Positions 13,193 to 26,334 of a stretch of DNA of 64,000 bases are shown in pieces. The position numbers and the translations under genes were made by a program. How positions within the stretch are numbered: position 1 is the stretch's first letter; each line of letters starts with the position of its first letter. Source of the DNA: Euprymna scolopes (taxonomy: Eukaryota); assembly GCA_053919585.1 (NCBI GenBank), contig CM132796.1; one strand, 5' to 3'. The notes under the pieces were generated by a model. That model ran no database searches, was not told the DNA's origin, and saw only the letters and a list, made by a program, of their open reading frames with translations.

Positions 13193-14454
13193 TTGCATAG
13201 GGGTACATATTAAACGATGATGGGAGTTCATATTGGGAGAGACACATATAACACATATAACGGGTTCATGTAATACGGGGACTCAGAACAGATTACGATG
13301 ATAATGGCATTTATATACCGTTTACACCACAACGACTGTGATAATTCTTATGGGGCATTTATATCAGACTGGGATCATTCTTGGAGGTTTTATATTATTA
13401 CGGACTGGGAGATATTGATGCAACATTTCTTATACACATATAGAGAGGAGGAGATGCTTCACTTATGATGATGATGGGGAGGACACATAATATTTGGAAG
13501 GGTTTACACAAAGTTCGTTATAGATGATGATAAAATACATTTACCTTTTTGTTGTAAGGAATGACGAGACGAACACTTACAAACATATTTGGTTCAATCA
13601 ACCGATCGGTTACATCAGGAAGTACACTTTGATTTACATGGTCTATTTTTCCTTCCTTCGTTCCTAAGGGGGCTCTTCTCTCCAACTCACTCTAACTCAT
13701 CAACTGCCCAACTCTTGACTGACCAACTCACTAACTCATCAACTGACAACTGACTTCTAACCTTGAACTCTTAGATTCCTAAATGTAAAGATTTCCTTTG
13801 TTTGTGACGTCAGAAGAGTGTTTTCAAACGTGACTAATTTTCACGTGGCTTTACATATGTTTGTCCAAACACACTTTTGGCAAACAAAAGAATCCTCAAT
13901 CCTAATAGCTCACCTATTTTTAAACAATATATATTTTAATTTGCATTGTCCATTCTTTTAACTGACATATTTAATATTCAGATTTCTAAAAGAATGGACA
14001 ATCGACTCTTTTTTCGACCTAAACAATATTTAACTATTTCTGATAGAATTAACAATAGACTTAATTTCTAACATTCCATTTTCCATTATTATCTTTAACA
14101 CTTGCTTACAGGGTTCGATTCTAGCCTTATCCTAATGTAATTTTTACTTATCTAGTATGTCTTCTTACTTATATGAGAAGGGGCATATCTTTTATGTAAC
14201 AGAGAAGGGTCGCAGATAAGAAAAAATGATGATAAGCGTTCAAGCTGAAGAGGCCATTTATTGAAACTTCTATGAAGCTTTACTTTGAAAGAGCAATTTG
14301 GTTAGCCCTGACCTTTAAACTTGAAAATAAATTGCTATGACCAAACATATTGTAATAAATAAACTCGCTACTGCTGAATAATAAAGGAAATGAACATAGA
14401 AAAGAATTCTCATGATTCGTGGATTTTGATATTCTAAGTGTTTCTGTTATTTCT

Positions 14455-14648
14455 ATTTATTTGCTTCCCCCACAATGTGACACAAGATCGTTTTAATGTG
14501 GAGGAGGACCAGTTCTCCAAAAAGGGCCACTCTATAAGTAGGCAAAATATAAATGCCTTAGTATAGTCGGGTTTCTCCTACTAAGGACAAATTAACTTGA
14601 GTGTAGCATCAGAACAGATAATACACTCTAATCTTAGCCCGAAGGACA
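14455..14648 (-). mobile_element. Diverged U2-headed SINE copy
   Basis: Reverse complement reads gtccttcgggctaagattagagtgtattatctgttc (U2-like) through cacattaaaacgatcttgtg...gaagcaaataaata (shared tail). Confidence 0.65.
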
Positions 14649-15860
14649 TTTCTCGTGTTATGTAATGGTGGTTATTCTAAATTAATGTATTGAATTCGTC
14701 CTCATTTGATAAGTGTAACCTGCATGGACGTTTTTCGTCATTAAGGCTAAAATATATCGCTTATTATATATGCGAACCAATTCTATACAGTTCTGTTAGC
14801 TAAAGCATTTTCAAAGTATATTGCACATTTCTTTTTTTACATTTATGGAAATAGATGATCATACAGTGCCTAAAATGTCTTACAGTCTTCCAGATTTTTA
14901 AGTGCTTCAAAATTAACGCAAGTTAAATAATTTTTAGCTTTTATTCTCAAGAGATGGATTGAACTATGTTCTAACATAAAATCTACCATGCATGTCAATA
15001 ATCTGTTCAATGCTTTAACGTGTCGAAACATGCATGGCACAAACCTTACGGACAACGTGATAAATTATGAAGAATGCATAAACTATCTATATTGCAACGT
15101 TACACACGTTTACACACGTGTTAACATGTAGGGACCCAACACGTTGTAGACTCCGTTGCAAAGGTGACAACGACAAGGAACAGGAACAAAATTCAACTCG
15201 CTGTTTCGGATTTCAACAACAGACACACGTCCTTCTTTTTATAATCTTTTTCCTTGCCGTCACGTCACTTCGCACAGGTCGGCATTTGCATACAGCCGCC
15301 ATACACTCATACGCGCACTAATACAATATTCTTATGACTTGAAAATGTAATATTTAATTATTCTCTGCCTTTTCTTCATTAGTGTTACATATGTTACTAA
15401 ATAGTTAAACGAATGTATTTCTCATTCATCTGTTTAACTAAGTCATAACGAAAATATGTTAGTTATGCGGGAATATGAGCAATAAATATTTAATTAATTC
15501 AAGTAATTTATATTAAGATAACTGTGATAATTGATATAAACTCTTAATTGTAAAGGTCAAGGATGAGAGTTCATATGGAAACGTTGTTCTATTGAATGAT
15601 ATATTGCACCCAATATTAACGTAGTTGTGTTGCTCGGCGTGGTCTGGGAGTACATCACGCTTCGATATCGTATATTAATTCATGCAGATTTCGTATTTAT
15701 CATTAGTTTAAATACTGTATTAGTTATTATGTGAAGTATGTGCCAGTGACATATAGCTTTCAAGCCGTATTCGTTAGCATTTTTAACGCATGGACATACT
15801 AAAAAATAACCTAAAATCTCGTCAAAATGTATGAGTTCATATAGAAACGTTGTTTCATTT

Positions 15861-16392
15861 GAATAAAATAAAATGCGCATCAAATGCGCTTGAAAGCCAA
15901 ATCACAACGTAATATTAGGAAAATAAACAAATATTTTACTTGTTTGAAATTTATCACAAACATATTTCAGAGGTATACTCCATCTTCAGTGTGTTGTTTT
16001 GTTTCTTTTTTCTTTTTCTTCTTCTTTGCCATGTTGTAAAGTTGGAGAAAGAAGTCTGTTTGTAAGGAGCCGAGCGTTGTATCTAGCGGTTGTATTTCGA
16101 AATATTTGAACTGTGCGTTATTCTCGCGTTGCCTACACACAGTTCAAACATTTCGAAATACAACCGCTAGATACAACGTGCGGCTCCTTACAAACAGACT
16201 TCTTTCTCCAACTTTACAACATGGCAAAGAAGAAGAAAAGGAAAAAAGAAACAAAACAACACACTGAAGATGGAGTATACCTCTGAAATATATTTGTGAT
16301 AAATTTCAATCAAGTAAAATATTTGTTTATTTTCCAAATGTTACGTTATGATTTGGTTTTCAAGCGCACTTGATACGTATTTTATTTTATTC
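15861..16392. repeat. Fold-back element, ~255-bp inverted arms, each carrying a hammerhead ribozyme motif
   Basis: Arms 15861-16115 and 16138-16392 are near-perfect reverse complements. caca-CTGAAGA...GAAA-tatatt-tgtg at 16260-16298. Confidence 0.85.
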
Positions 16393-19305
16393 TTGGTTGT
16401 TAAATTTTCACGATAAAAATATATTCTGTTCAAATTTTGAGAAATACGTCCTTCTGATGCGATTAAGCTTTTCTATTCAGTAGTAGTTTCGGTCGTTCAA
16501 AGCATCATACCATCCACTTGGGTTGATCCAGCTAAATTAGATCAGATCCCGGCCTTTGTCCCATTTTCGTGGTACGAATTTGTAAAGGCATGGGTTTTCT
16601 TTTTGCCCGGAAAATCGCATAAGGTAAAAAAATGATACTCAAATTACTGCGAAAAAAAATATTTTAGTATCTTTATAAAGGAATCTATGTTATTTTTAAC
16701 TCTAACACGACGCTACAGTCTCTTTGCTATCGCCATTTATGTGCTAATAACCGAAATTTCTTAAATCATTATGTGACGTTGTCCGTAAACCAACACGTTG
16801 TAGCCTCAGTCGCAAAGCAGACAAAGAACAGAAAACCACTTCAACGCTCTTTTTTGTTGGACAACGACATTTATTTCCTCATTCTCTCGTTACAGCTGTG
16901 ACGTCTTACGTACTCATCTTTTCGAGCGTTATTCGCGCCTCTAACGTGATCTCGAACGTTATCTTTGTCTCTAACGTGATCTCCTTTTTTAAGTCTTTAT
17001 TTTTCTCTATCGGTGACGTCATTTCGCATGCATTTGCATACGCGCTTCCACGATATGCTACAGTTATATGTTTTTGGACAGATCCCCATTTTTTTCTTAT
17101 TATTTCTTTATGGAAATATATTTGTTGTTTTTTCAAGAGTCTTGAATCTGGCATTGATGCATGTTTTAATACGAATGCCCTTGAGTGACCTCTCGGCCTT
17201 GATAAGTGGTCATGCCTATGTAAAAAAGGGCACTTATATTTTAACTACGAAAAATGTAATACTAATGGACGCATTAAAAAAATATATATTGTTGTGTTCT
17301 CCTCCGCCTGTAATTATTTCGTTCTCACATCTGAATTTCTTTGTTTACTTGCAAGAAAATAGTCATATTTTGCACACGAAAACGTGATCACTACTCCTTT
17401 GCGTTGCTCACGCACAAAAGAAAAGAGGCGTAATTCCACGGACAGAAAAATGAGGCCAATGAAATCGATACAACAAAGATAGAGGTTTGCCGATTTGATT
17501 AGATTTTTTATTTTCTGAAAGTTCTTCGATTCTGTTTACAATTTGAAACCAATTTTTACACGAATGAAATCCGCAGAAAAATAACCCTTTATCCAAATTA
17601 AAACATTAATTCTGCTAAACTTAAAAGCTACATCATTTTGTGTTGGTGTTATTCTATTTCTGTAGAACATGATGGATGAAAAAAAAAATAAGATTACGAA
17701 ATCTTTTTTTTTTAATATTTATTATCTAGATTATTCTGACAACAATTCTTATCGGATATTGTTCTCACAACTTTTCGGCCGATGTTCTATCTTCTTCAGA
17801 TGCATCTCGTCAAACTCACAGAATCTCTAAGAAATTTTGAATCAACGGATGGCCACTTCGTGTCATTTCGCGCTGACGTCAGGGAAAGGAGAAGAAAAAA
17901 CGGAGAATAAACGGCAAGAGATATAATGTTCCGCGTGATCGAAAAAAACAGAAAGGCAAGTAACAATAAAGACGCATGCATGAGTGATATTTTGAAACAC
18001 AGTGAAATGCGCTGTAGGAAATTACTAGAATAAATGCCTAGAAAAAAAAATACAACGTCGTAATTTTATGTTTTTCTTTGTTTATTCGTACGAAAGTACC
18101 AGACAACGTGTGGGTCCAAATGGTTGAAATGTAACGACACGGTTAACGTGTAACGTCACGTTACATACAATTATTTTGAATGCCGACAACGATGCCTTTT
18201 ACCAAAAAAGGTCAAAATGAATTTAAAAAAAATAAAAATAAAGAAAGATAAACGTTATCAGGGAAAAATACAGTCGCATATGAGGAACGTAAAAACAAAG
18301 TCTACGGGACTGAATTTAACAAACAATAGTCGGTGAGTATAATTGTTCGCTTTTTCTTCTTGTCTGGTCCCTTTCAAATTTTGTCAAATATTTTAAACAT
18401 TTAAAACTGTATACTTGCACAAACAAGCTGAAACACTTCAACACTGCTTCAATGAAATTTGTGGAAATCCATAAAGAAACATACATTCTCGCTATTTAAA
18501 TAGTTAACTGTGAGTTTTCCCTTTCAACGTATTAAGACGTTAACGTTAATATTTAGAAAAATCCGTTAGAATTCCTTTATCTTTACAAATGAAGAATAGA
18601 AAGAATAAATATAGGAAAGGGGTTTTTGACGCAAGAAGGTTCAAAGGGGAAATGTTAAAAATACTATAAACTAAGATATTTTTATTTGGATTTAATTAGT
18701 CATGTTTTACTTTGTGAACTTTTTAGTTTTTCTTTTCTTGTTGTCGTTTGTTACATTGTTACATTAGGAGGGTATTAAAATTCTTTAAAGAAATATTTAG
18801 CGAATAGGTCTGTAACATAACGCGTATAACCCGCATCTGAGAAAATCGTAAGATAGCGGACTAGTGAAAATATTAGCAGCAGGAGCAGTCGTTTTAGCAA
18901 ATATGTAAATTAAGCAAATGTGCACGCGCTGACGTCACGAGTAGAAGAAGAAAAAAAAACGGAGAAAAACGATAGTACATGGTCAAGCAAAGAAAGCAGT
19001 ATTACTAGTGTTGTCTCTTGAGTGGCGAGAGGAAAATGCGCTGCATGGTCGAAAAAAGGGAAAGACAAGCGACGACAAAGGCATAAGCTTACAAGAGCGT
19101 CTCGACAGGTATGTTCGACGCGTGAGTGATAGTTTGAAATACAGTTGTCGAAAATTACTGGAGAAAATGCATTTTTTATTCTCCTAGAAATAATGATGAG
19201 TCATATTTTATGCCCTTCCCTGTTTTTTTATTCCTGCGAAAGTATCATACAACCCGTTGGTCCGAGTAGTTGAAATGAAAGGACACGGTAACGTGTAACG
19301 GCATG

Positions 19306-19353
<48 letters not shown>

Positions 19354-19711
19354 TAGGGCAGCTATCACACACGCATACGAATACTATTCTTTCTGGACTT
19401 CCATTAGCTCTATCGCGATCTTTAATACCCCATCCTTTCCCATTTATTCCTATATCTCAACACATACTCCAGTTCGTACCCTTGTTCGGTCTTATGTACA
19501 TACAACAAAATCTTATTTTTCACAACATTTGAAGGAACCTCCTGATATTAACTCCCTGTGACAAGGAAGACCTGATATTTTCATTGCAAACTTTAATTTC
19601 GTATAAGCTGTATCGCTTGAAGAGGTCTCTACTTACTAGAAACTAGCTGACCGAAATATGCTCATAGCTGTGTAGCAACATATTACTGCTCATGTAAAAA
19701 CAAATAAAGTG

Positions 19712-19771
<60 letters not shown>

Positions 19772-22037
19772 AAAAGGAACAAACCGTATTATGTGTTCAT
19801 AAACGTTTCGTCTTTATTTCGAGACTTCCTCTGGATGAATGAGATTAAGAAACAAAAAATACCAGTACAAAATATTTGAAAATGTTTCACGTGCACAGTG
19901 TGATGCAGATCTATTTCAGAAAAACGGAAAAAAGATGTTGGAAATTCAAAAAGGAGGGGGGAGGTTGGCGCTATTAAAGAGAGGGAAATTTTAGTGACGT
20001 CATATAGTCGTTAATGTAATTTTAAAAATATGAACGCAGTTAATATTCTTACTGGAAAAAAAGATATATCTGTTGAAATTCAAATATAGGTGTGTAACAG
20101 AAATGAAATGAGTGTTTTTTATGTAATTTATTGATTGAGATTATGTGTTAATTATTACAGGGGGTGTTTGAATGGTGTGAGAAGGTTAACCTGTGTCTAC
20201 AGTTAAATAATGTTCTTTTAATAAAAGTTTAGTTATTAATGGCGCTATGTTATAGAAACCTGCATGTTGTTTGATTGTGCTTGAAATTACGATAAGTGCA
20301 GATTCAAGAAGTCTCTGGCACGGTTTATTTGAAATAAATTTAACTACTTTACTGAACAAAATAAAAAACATTAATGTACAAAACAAAACTATACACAGCT
20401 TAGATATAACATCATTATATACTAATGTCCCCATTAACAAATGCTTGAATTTACTCCTTAAACATTTAAAAAAATCTAACATTAGCTTACCTTTTCCTCC
20501 CGACACTCTCATAAAAATCATTAGACTTATAACTTACATGACTTATTTTCACTTCAATAACAATTTCTATAAACAAAATTTTGGTCTTCCTATGGGTAAC
20601 TCTCTTAGTGGAGTATTAGCTTGCCTTTTCTTAGAATTCTTAGAATAATCTGGTCCTTTCAAATTCAGATTACCTCCAAACACAGAGTATTTCAGATACA
20701 TTGACGACATTTTAATTTTTCTTCCTCAAAATACGCGCATAAATATCATTAGAGACAAATTAGACTCAGTCGAACCTTCCATAAAGTTTACCTATGAAAC
20801 AGAAAACAATAACTCATTACCTTTTCTTGACATACTTATTATAAAATCCAATAATAAACTATCCTTCAAAGTTCGCCGCAAAACTACACACAAAAACGAT
20901 TGCATACATTTCTACTCACACCATAAAAAGCAGGGATGATAATTGGTTTCTTCTTACGCGCTTTCAGAATTTGCAGTCCTGAATATCTGGACGAAGAATT
21001 CAAATACCTCACAAACATTTGGAAAACCTTGCAATATCCGACATATTTCATATTGAATGCTAAGAGAAAAGCAACACAAATATTTTCCAGAATAAATAAT
21101 AATAAAAAATCACACACCAGACCTTTCTCTCATAAACAGACATCTTCTTTTACCTACACACACCAATAATACAATAATCTGTAACACACTAAACAAACTA
21201 GAAATTCCTATCGTACAAACCACATCACTTACCAAAAGACATATATTAAAACTACGAAACATCTCCATAACAAACCAGTTTCCAATGGAGGTATATACAC
21301 TATTCCATGCCATAATTGCCATCATAAATACGTTGGTGAAACTCAGCGTAAATTGGAAAAAAGGCTAAGTGAACATAAAAGAGACATAAAAAATAGCAAT
21401 TCTCTAAGAGCATTATTCTCTCATTCATTGCAGCATAATCACACCTTTGACTTTAAACAGGCAAAAGTAGTTAAATTTATTTCAAATAAACTGCGCCGGA
21501 GACTTCTTGAATCTGCACTTATCGCAATTTCAAGCACAATTAAACAACGTGCAGGTTTCTATAACATAGCGCCATTAATAACTAAACTTTTATTAAAAGA
21601 ACATTATTTAACTGCAGACACAGGTTAACCTTCTCACACCATTCGAACACCCCCTGTAATAATTAACACATAATCTCAATCAATAAATTACATAAAAAAC
21701 ACTCATTTCATTTCTGTTACAAACCTATATTTGAATTTCAATAGATATATCTTTTTTTTTCCAGTAAGAATATTAACTGCGTTCATATTTTTAAAATTAC
21801 ATTAACGACTATATGACGTCACTAAAATTTCTCTCTCTTTAACAGCGCCAACCCTCCTTTTTGAATTTCCAACGTCTTTTTCCGTTTTTCTGAAATAGAA
21901 CTGCATCACACTGTGCACGTGAAACATGTTCAAATATTTTGTACTGGTATTTTTTGTTTCTTAATCTCATTCATCCAGAGGAAGTCTCGAAATAAAGACG
22001 AAACGTTGATGAAAAACTAATACGGTTTGTTCCTTTT

Positions 22038-22111
<74 letters not shown>
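19712..22111 (+). mobile_element. 5'-truncated Penelope-like retroelement (RT + GIY-YIG) with inverted pseudo-LTR
   Basis: RT motifs SLDITSLYTNVP, GLPMGNSLS, FRYIDD (~20691-20708). Endonuclease GIYTIPC..C..KYVGET..RLSEH..LLES. 19712-20350 is the reverse complement of 21464-~22111. Several frameshifts. Confidence 0.92.
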
Positions 22112-22116
<5 letters not shown>

Positions 22117-22201
22117 CGTTATCTACATACAGCCTGTTTCGTTGTATGACAACTCATCAATGCGGCTAGACTAGCACCTTTCCTTAGTCGAGAATTGAAC
22201 C

Positions 22202-22241
<40 letters not shown>

Positions 22242-22360
22242 TATATATATATAGCCATACCCAATATATAGTCATCCACATACAGTACTGTTTCACAACA
22301 CATCAGTGCGTCTAGAGAGGCAACTACCTCAAGCCAGGATCGAAACCCGATCGCCCAAAT
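22112..22360 (-). repeat. Two short hammerhead-like repeat fragments between (TA)n tracts
   Basis: Minus strand: ttgatga-gttg-tcata-caac-gaaa-cag (~22130-22175) and ctgatg...gaaacagtactg (~22280-22312). The two fragments are homologous. Confidence 0.55.
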
Positions 22361-22383
22361 ATATATATATATATATATATATA

Positions 22384-22639
22384 TAGTAATTTATAAAAAT
22401 ATATATGGCAATCGAGCTACACAGAATATTCCGCGTTTCATCCTCGTGCCAATTCGTCAGGCTTATGCCGAATTCTCAATAGGATGAAACGCGGAATATT
22501 CTGTGTAGCGTAATTGCCATATGTATTTTTATAAATTACTACCTAGCTCTACTTATGTATTGAGCACTGTTGAAGTAAATACTTAAGGTTTAAGCATAAA
22601 ATTATACTTTCGTATCTTAATTTATTTCATCGCTTTAAA

Positions 22640-22650
<11 letters not shown>
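22384..22650 (+). repeat. Mini fold-back PLE-related element
   Basis: Arms 22384-22444 / 22481-22541, then tail with GCTCTACTTATGTATTGAGCACT, flanked by (TA)n. Same family at 30890-31070 and 37480-37755. Confidence 0.75.
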
Positions 22651-22706
<56 letters not shown>

Positions 22707-22710
<4 letters not shown>

Positions 22711-23051
22711 TTTACATAAGCAGTAGTTTGTTGCTACACTGTCATGAGCATGTTTCGGTCTACTAGTATTTACTAACGAGAGACCTCATCAGGCAACAAC
22801 CCTTATTTTCGAAAACGGACTTCTAAATATATATATATATTAACTATATCTAAATCGAAAATAAGGGTTGTTGCCTGATGAGGTCTCTCGTTAGTAAATA
22901 CTAGTAGACCGAAACATGCTCATGACAGTGTAGCAACAAACTACTGCTTATGTAAAGACAAATGTAATCCGCTCTACTTCTGTATTGGGCACTCTTGTAT
23001 GAACCTCGTTATATTTCACTGGTTACCCTACCTTTGGAAAATAGCAACCTC

Positions 23052-23055
<4 letters not shown>
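22707..23055 (+). repeat. Mini fold-back PLE-related element with canonical hammerhead core
   Basis: 106-bp inverted arms with no mismatch seen, 22707-22812 / 22855-22960. CTGATGA (22875-22881), ggtct/agacc stem, GAAA (22911-22914). Related copy at ~19600-19710. Confidence 0.85.
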
Positions 23056-23112
<57 letters not shown>

Positions 23113-23114
<2 letters not shown>

Positions 23115-26100
23115 CCAGTAGAGTTTAGTTTCCTAGAAGTACATCCAATGAAACAACATGTGTCTACCAAAATAGTGCTCAATGAGTGAACAGAGCAGGT
23201 ATATTAATTTTATTTATACAAACATTAATGGCTACATATGTGCATACATGTTTATGTAATCACCCGCGTTGGGGGATTACGTCTTCAGGCCAAGAATTAC
23301 CGTCGAAAGTGATATTTCCACCAAATACATTTGCCTATTTCGTTTATCAAGTTAGCATGCAACCTGGGTGGGAGTCATAAAATACGGTAAAAGGATGAGT
23401 GAGGTCTTCTTAAGATAATAAACATTTTTTTTCATTTCCCTTTCCCTTTCCAAGCTAACTTTTGGTTTTATGGCATAAGGTACTTGAGAATTTAGTTTTC
23501 TTGTCTTGGAGTCTGTAAGTTAAGAACCTTAGCGATGGTCAGCTAAGTACTGACCGGTGCCTTTTAATCTACATCCACCCACACACACATGCAACACACA
23601 TACAACACACACATACACAGACACCGCCACACACACACACACACACACACATATTAATACGTATATCCAAAAGCGAATCCATGCTGTACGCTTTTTTTTT
23701 ATTCACAACACACATACTGAAACTAGACAATAACTCTGAAGCTACGCAGGAATAGAGTTAAAATTACATTAAGGTAAATAAAACAAGACAAAAATAAATA
23801 AAATTAAATAAAAATAAAAATAAAATAAAATTAAAACAAATAAACAAACAAACTATGAATAAATATAAAACACGAAAGTTATCTAAACCCCACATGTACC
23901 TATATACATATATGAATATACTTATAAATGCCTACATTTTGCCACACCCGCGCATATATATACACACACACATTACAGACATACAGAGACGAATAATAGC
24001 GTTTTTATTTACTTCTGTAGCGGGGTAACCCCTTCGTACATTCAATAGTATGCTNNNNNNNNNNNNNNNNNNNNNNNNNNNNNNNNNNNNNNNNNNNNNN
24101 NNNNNNNNNNNNNNNNNNNNNNNNNNNNNNNNNNNNNNNNNNNNNNNNNNNNNNNNNNNNNNNNNNNNNNNNNNNNNNNNNNNNNNNNNNNNNNNNNNNN
24201 NNNNNNNNNNNNNAACATTCGGACATTCATACATTCTTGTAGTCTATATTGTTACAACAATCATATACGAGGCAGCCTATTCTAATAGTTCAGAAATATA
24301 TATGCATATACATACATCTACATACAATACACACAGAAATACATCCATATCCAAACATACACACAGATATATAGATACACATATATATAAATATACAAAC
24401 ATACATGCATACATAAAATACACTTATACATACATACTCACACAAATATAGACATATACATATATACCTATACCTTGCCACCAAATGATACATCTAAAGT
24501 AGAGACAGACATGAATACATTTACCATATAAATTCCCTTTTTCTATCAAACTCTACACGCATAGTTATATTTCATAGCCCCACGCGCTTGTTACATTTTC
24601 CTAAGTTATAGGTTTTTTCGTAAAAATTTACACTACGTAAAAGTTTATATTGAATTCAGCATGAAGTTCATAGGCCTATCCTCATATTAAGCAAACACTC
24701 TTTCGATGGTAAGGCAGATATACATAAGATGTATCATGATACAATAATAATATATAATGACACATGACAGAAATCAGAGTATTTAGGTTATACAAACCGA
24801 GTATATAAGCTTATATATTGTAGTACTTACCTTCATCTTTGTTTATTCACCCTAATTTCCTTATCCTCTTTTTCTTTCCTTCACCCTTCATTCCTTACTT
24901 TCTTTCATCTATATATTTCTTCATTTTTTTTTTTTTTTATAAATTACTTTTCCTACCCGGGTATACAAAGATCCTATATCCATACATGCACACACCCAAA
25001 AATATCGATATGCATACATTATTACGAGGTTCACTCAAAAACAATCTATTACTCGTTTGGTTACAAATATACCTTCATACAGGTACTTGTTTCGGTTAGT
25101 AATACCATAACTGCTCGATGAAGTAGAATATTAAGCGACTTACGTAACCCATACCGGTATGATCATAGTTGCAACCTCACTTATCCTTTTTGTGGGGGGG
25201 GGTATTTGATGGGGGTTAGTTGTACTCATAGTCGTTCTAGTCTACTAATTTAGAGTTCTTTAAGTGCGTGTATTCTGAAATGTTTGCAGGATATAGCAGT
25301 TTCTTTTTTAATATTTAATAATTTTTCTCTGTATTTAAACCTAGTTATCTCAAGTTTTTCTGATAAGCATAATGGACATGGTGAGTTCAATGAGTGGCAA
25401 GTATTGGCCCTCCTAATAATCTTCCATTCTATACTAGGTGTTTTATTTTCTCTAACTAATTTCCAGTAATATAACGATAAGGAAGTGTCCTTTTCATATG
25501 TTTGATTACTCATCGAGCGTGTATGTCCATAGAATCTATTTTTGAAAGTCATTTGGGTACTCCCTATGTAGAATCTTTCGTCCCTTGGGTTCTCCACCGG
25601 GAATATCCTAGCTTGGTATACCACTGATGAGGGCAGACATCCATTTTTTATTGGACATTCCTCAGGCTTTTTACAGTTACATTTATTCACCGCAGTGTTT
25701 GCACTATTATTTTCATCTTCTCTATTAGTCGTCTTTAAAATTCTTCCATTATGCTTTTTTATAATCCTTTCTAAGTTATCACTACAGTTATAACTTAATT
25801 TTAATGTATTTTTATTAAATATTTTATGTAATATATTATTTGGTGGGAAATGCTTGTCAATAAGTTGTAAAAATTTTGTACCAAGTTTTGTTTTCAACAT
25901 AATATTAGAGGGGGGTGTGAACCAAATAATTTTCCTACCACGATTTCTAGATCCATTTGTGCTAGTGTTAGTTACTTTATATTTTATCTCTATGTCCTTA
26001 TACCCACTATTTTTAAGTGCTGTATTATAAATAGCTTTGCAATCATTGAAAGTTACTTCATTGGATGAATTGTTACTTATTCTACTTTCAATAGATAACG

Positions 26101-26334
26101 GTATATGCTTAATAATGGATGGTGGATGGTTAGACCTCACTCATCCTTTTACCGTATTTTATGACTCCCACCCAGGTTGCATGCTAACTTGATAAACGAA
26201 ATAGGAAAATGTATTTGGTGGAAATATCACTTTCGACGGTAATGCTTGGCCTGAAGACGTAATCCCCCAACGCGGGTGATTACAGAAACATGTATGCACA
26301 TATGTAGCCATTAATGTTTGTATAAATAAAATTA

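Noticed and set aside
13553-14110. Solo LTR (TGTAAG...CTTACA)
   Set aside because: The termini fit but there is no target-site duplication and no second copy in the window.
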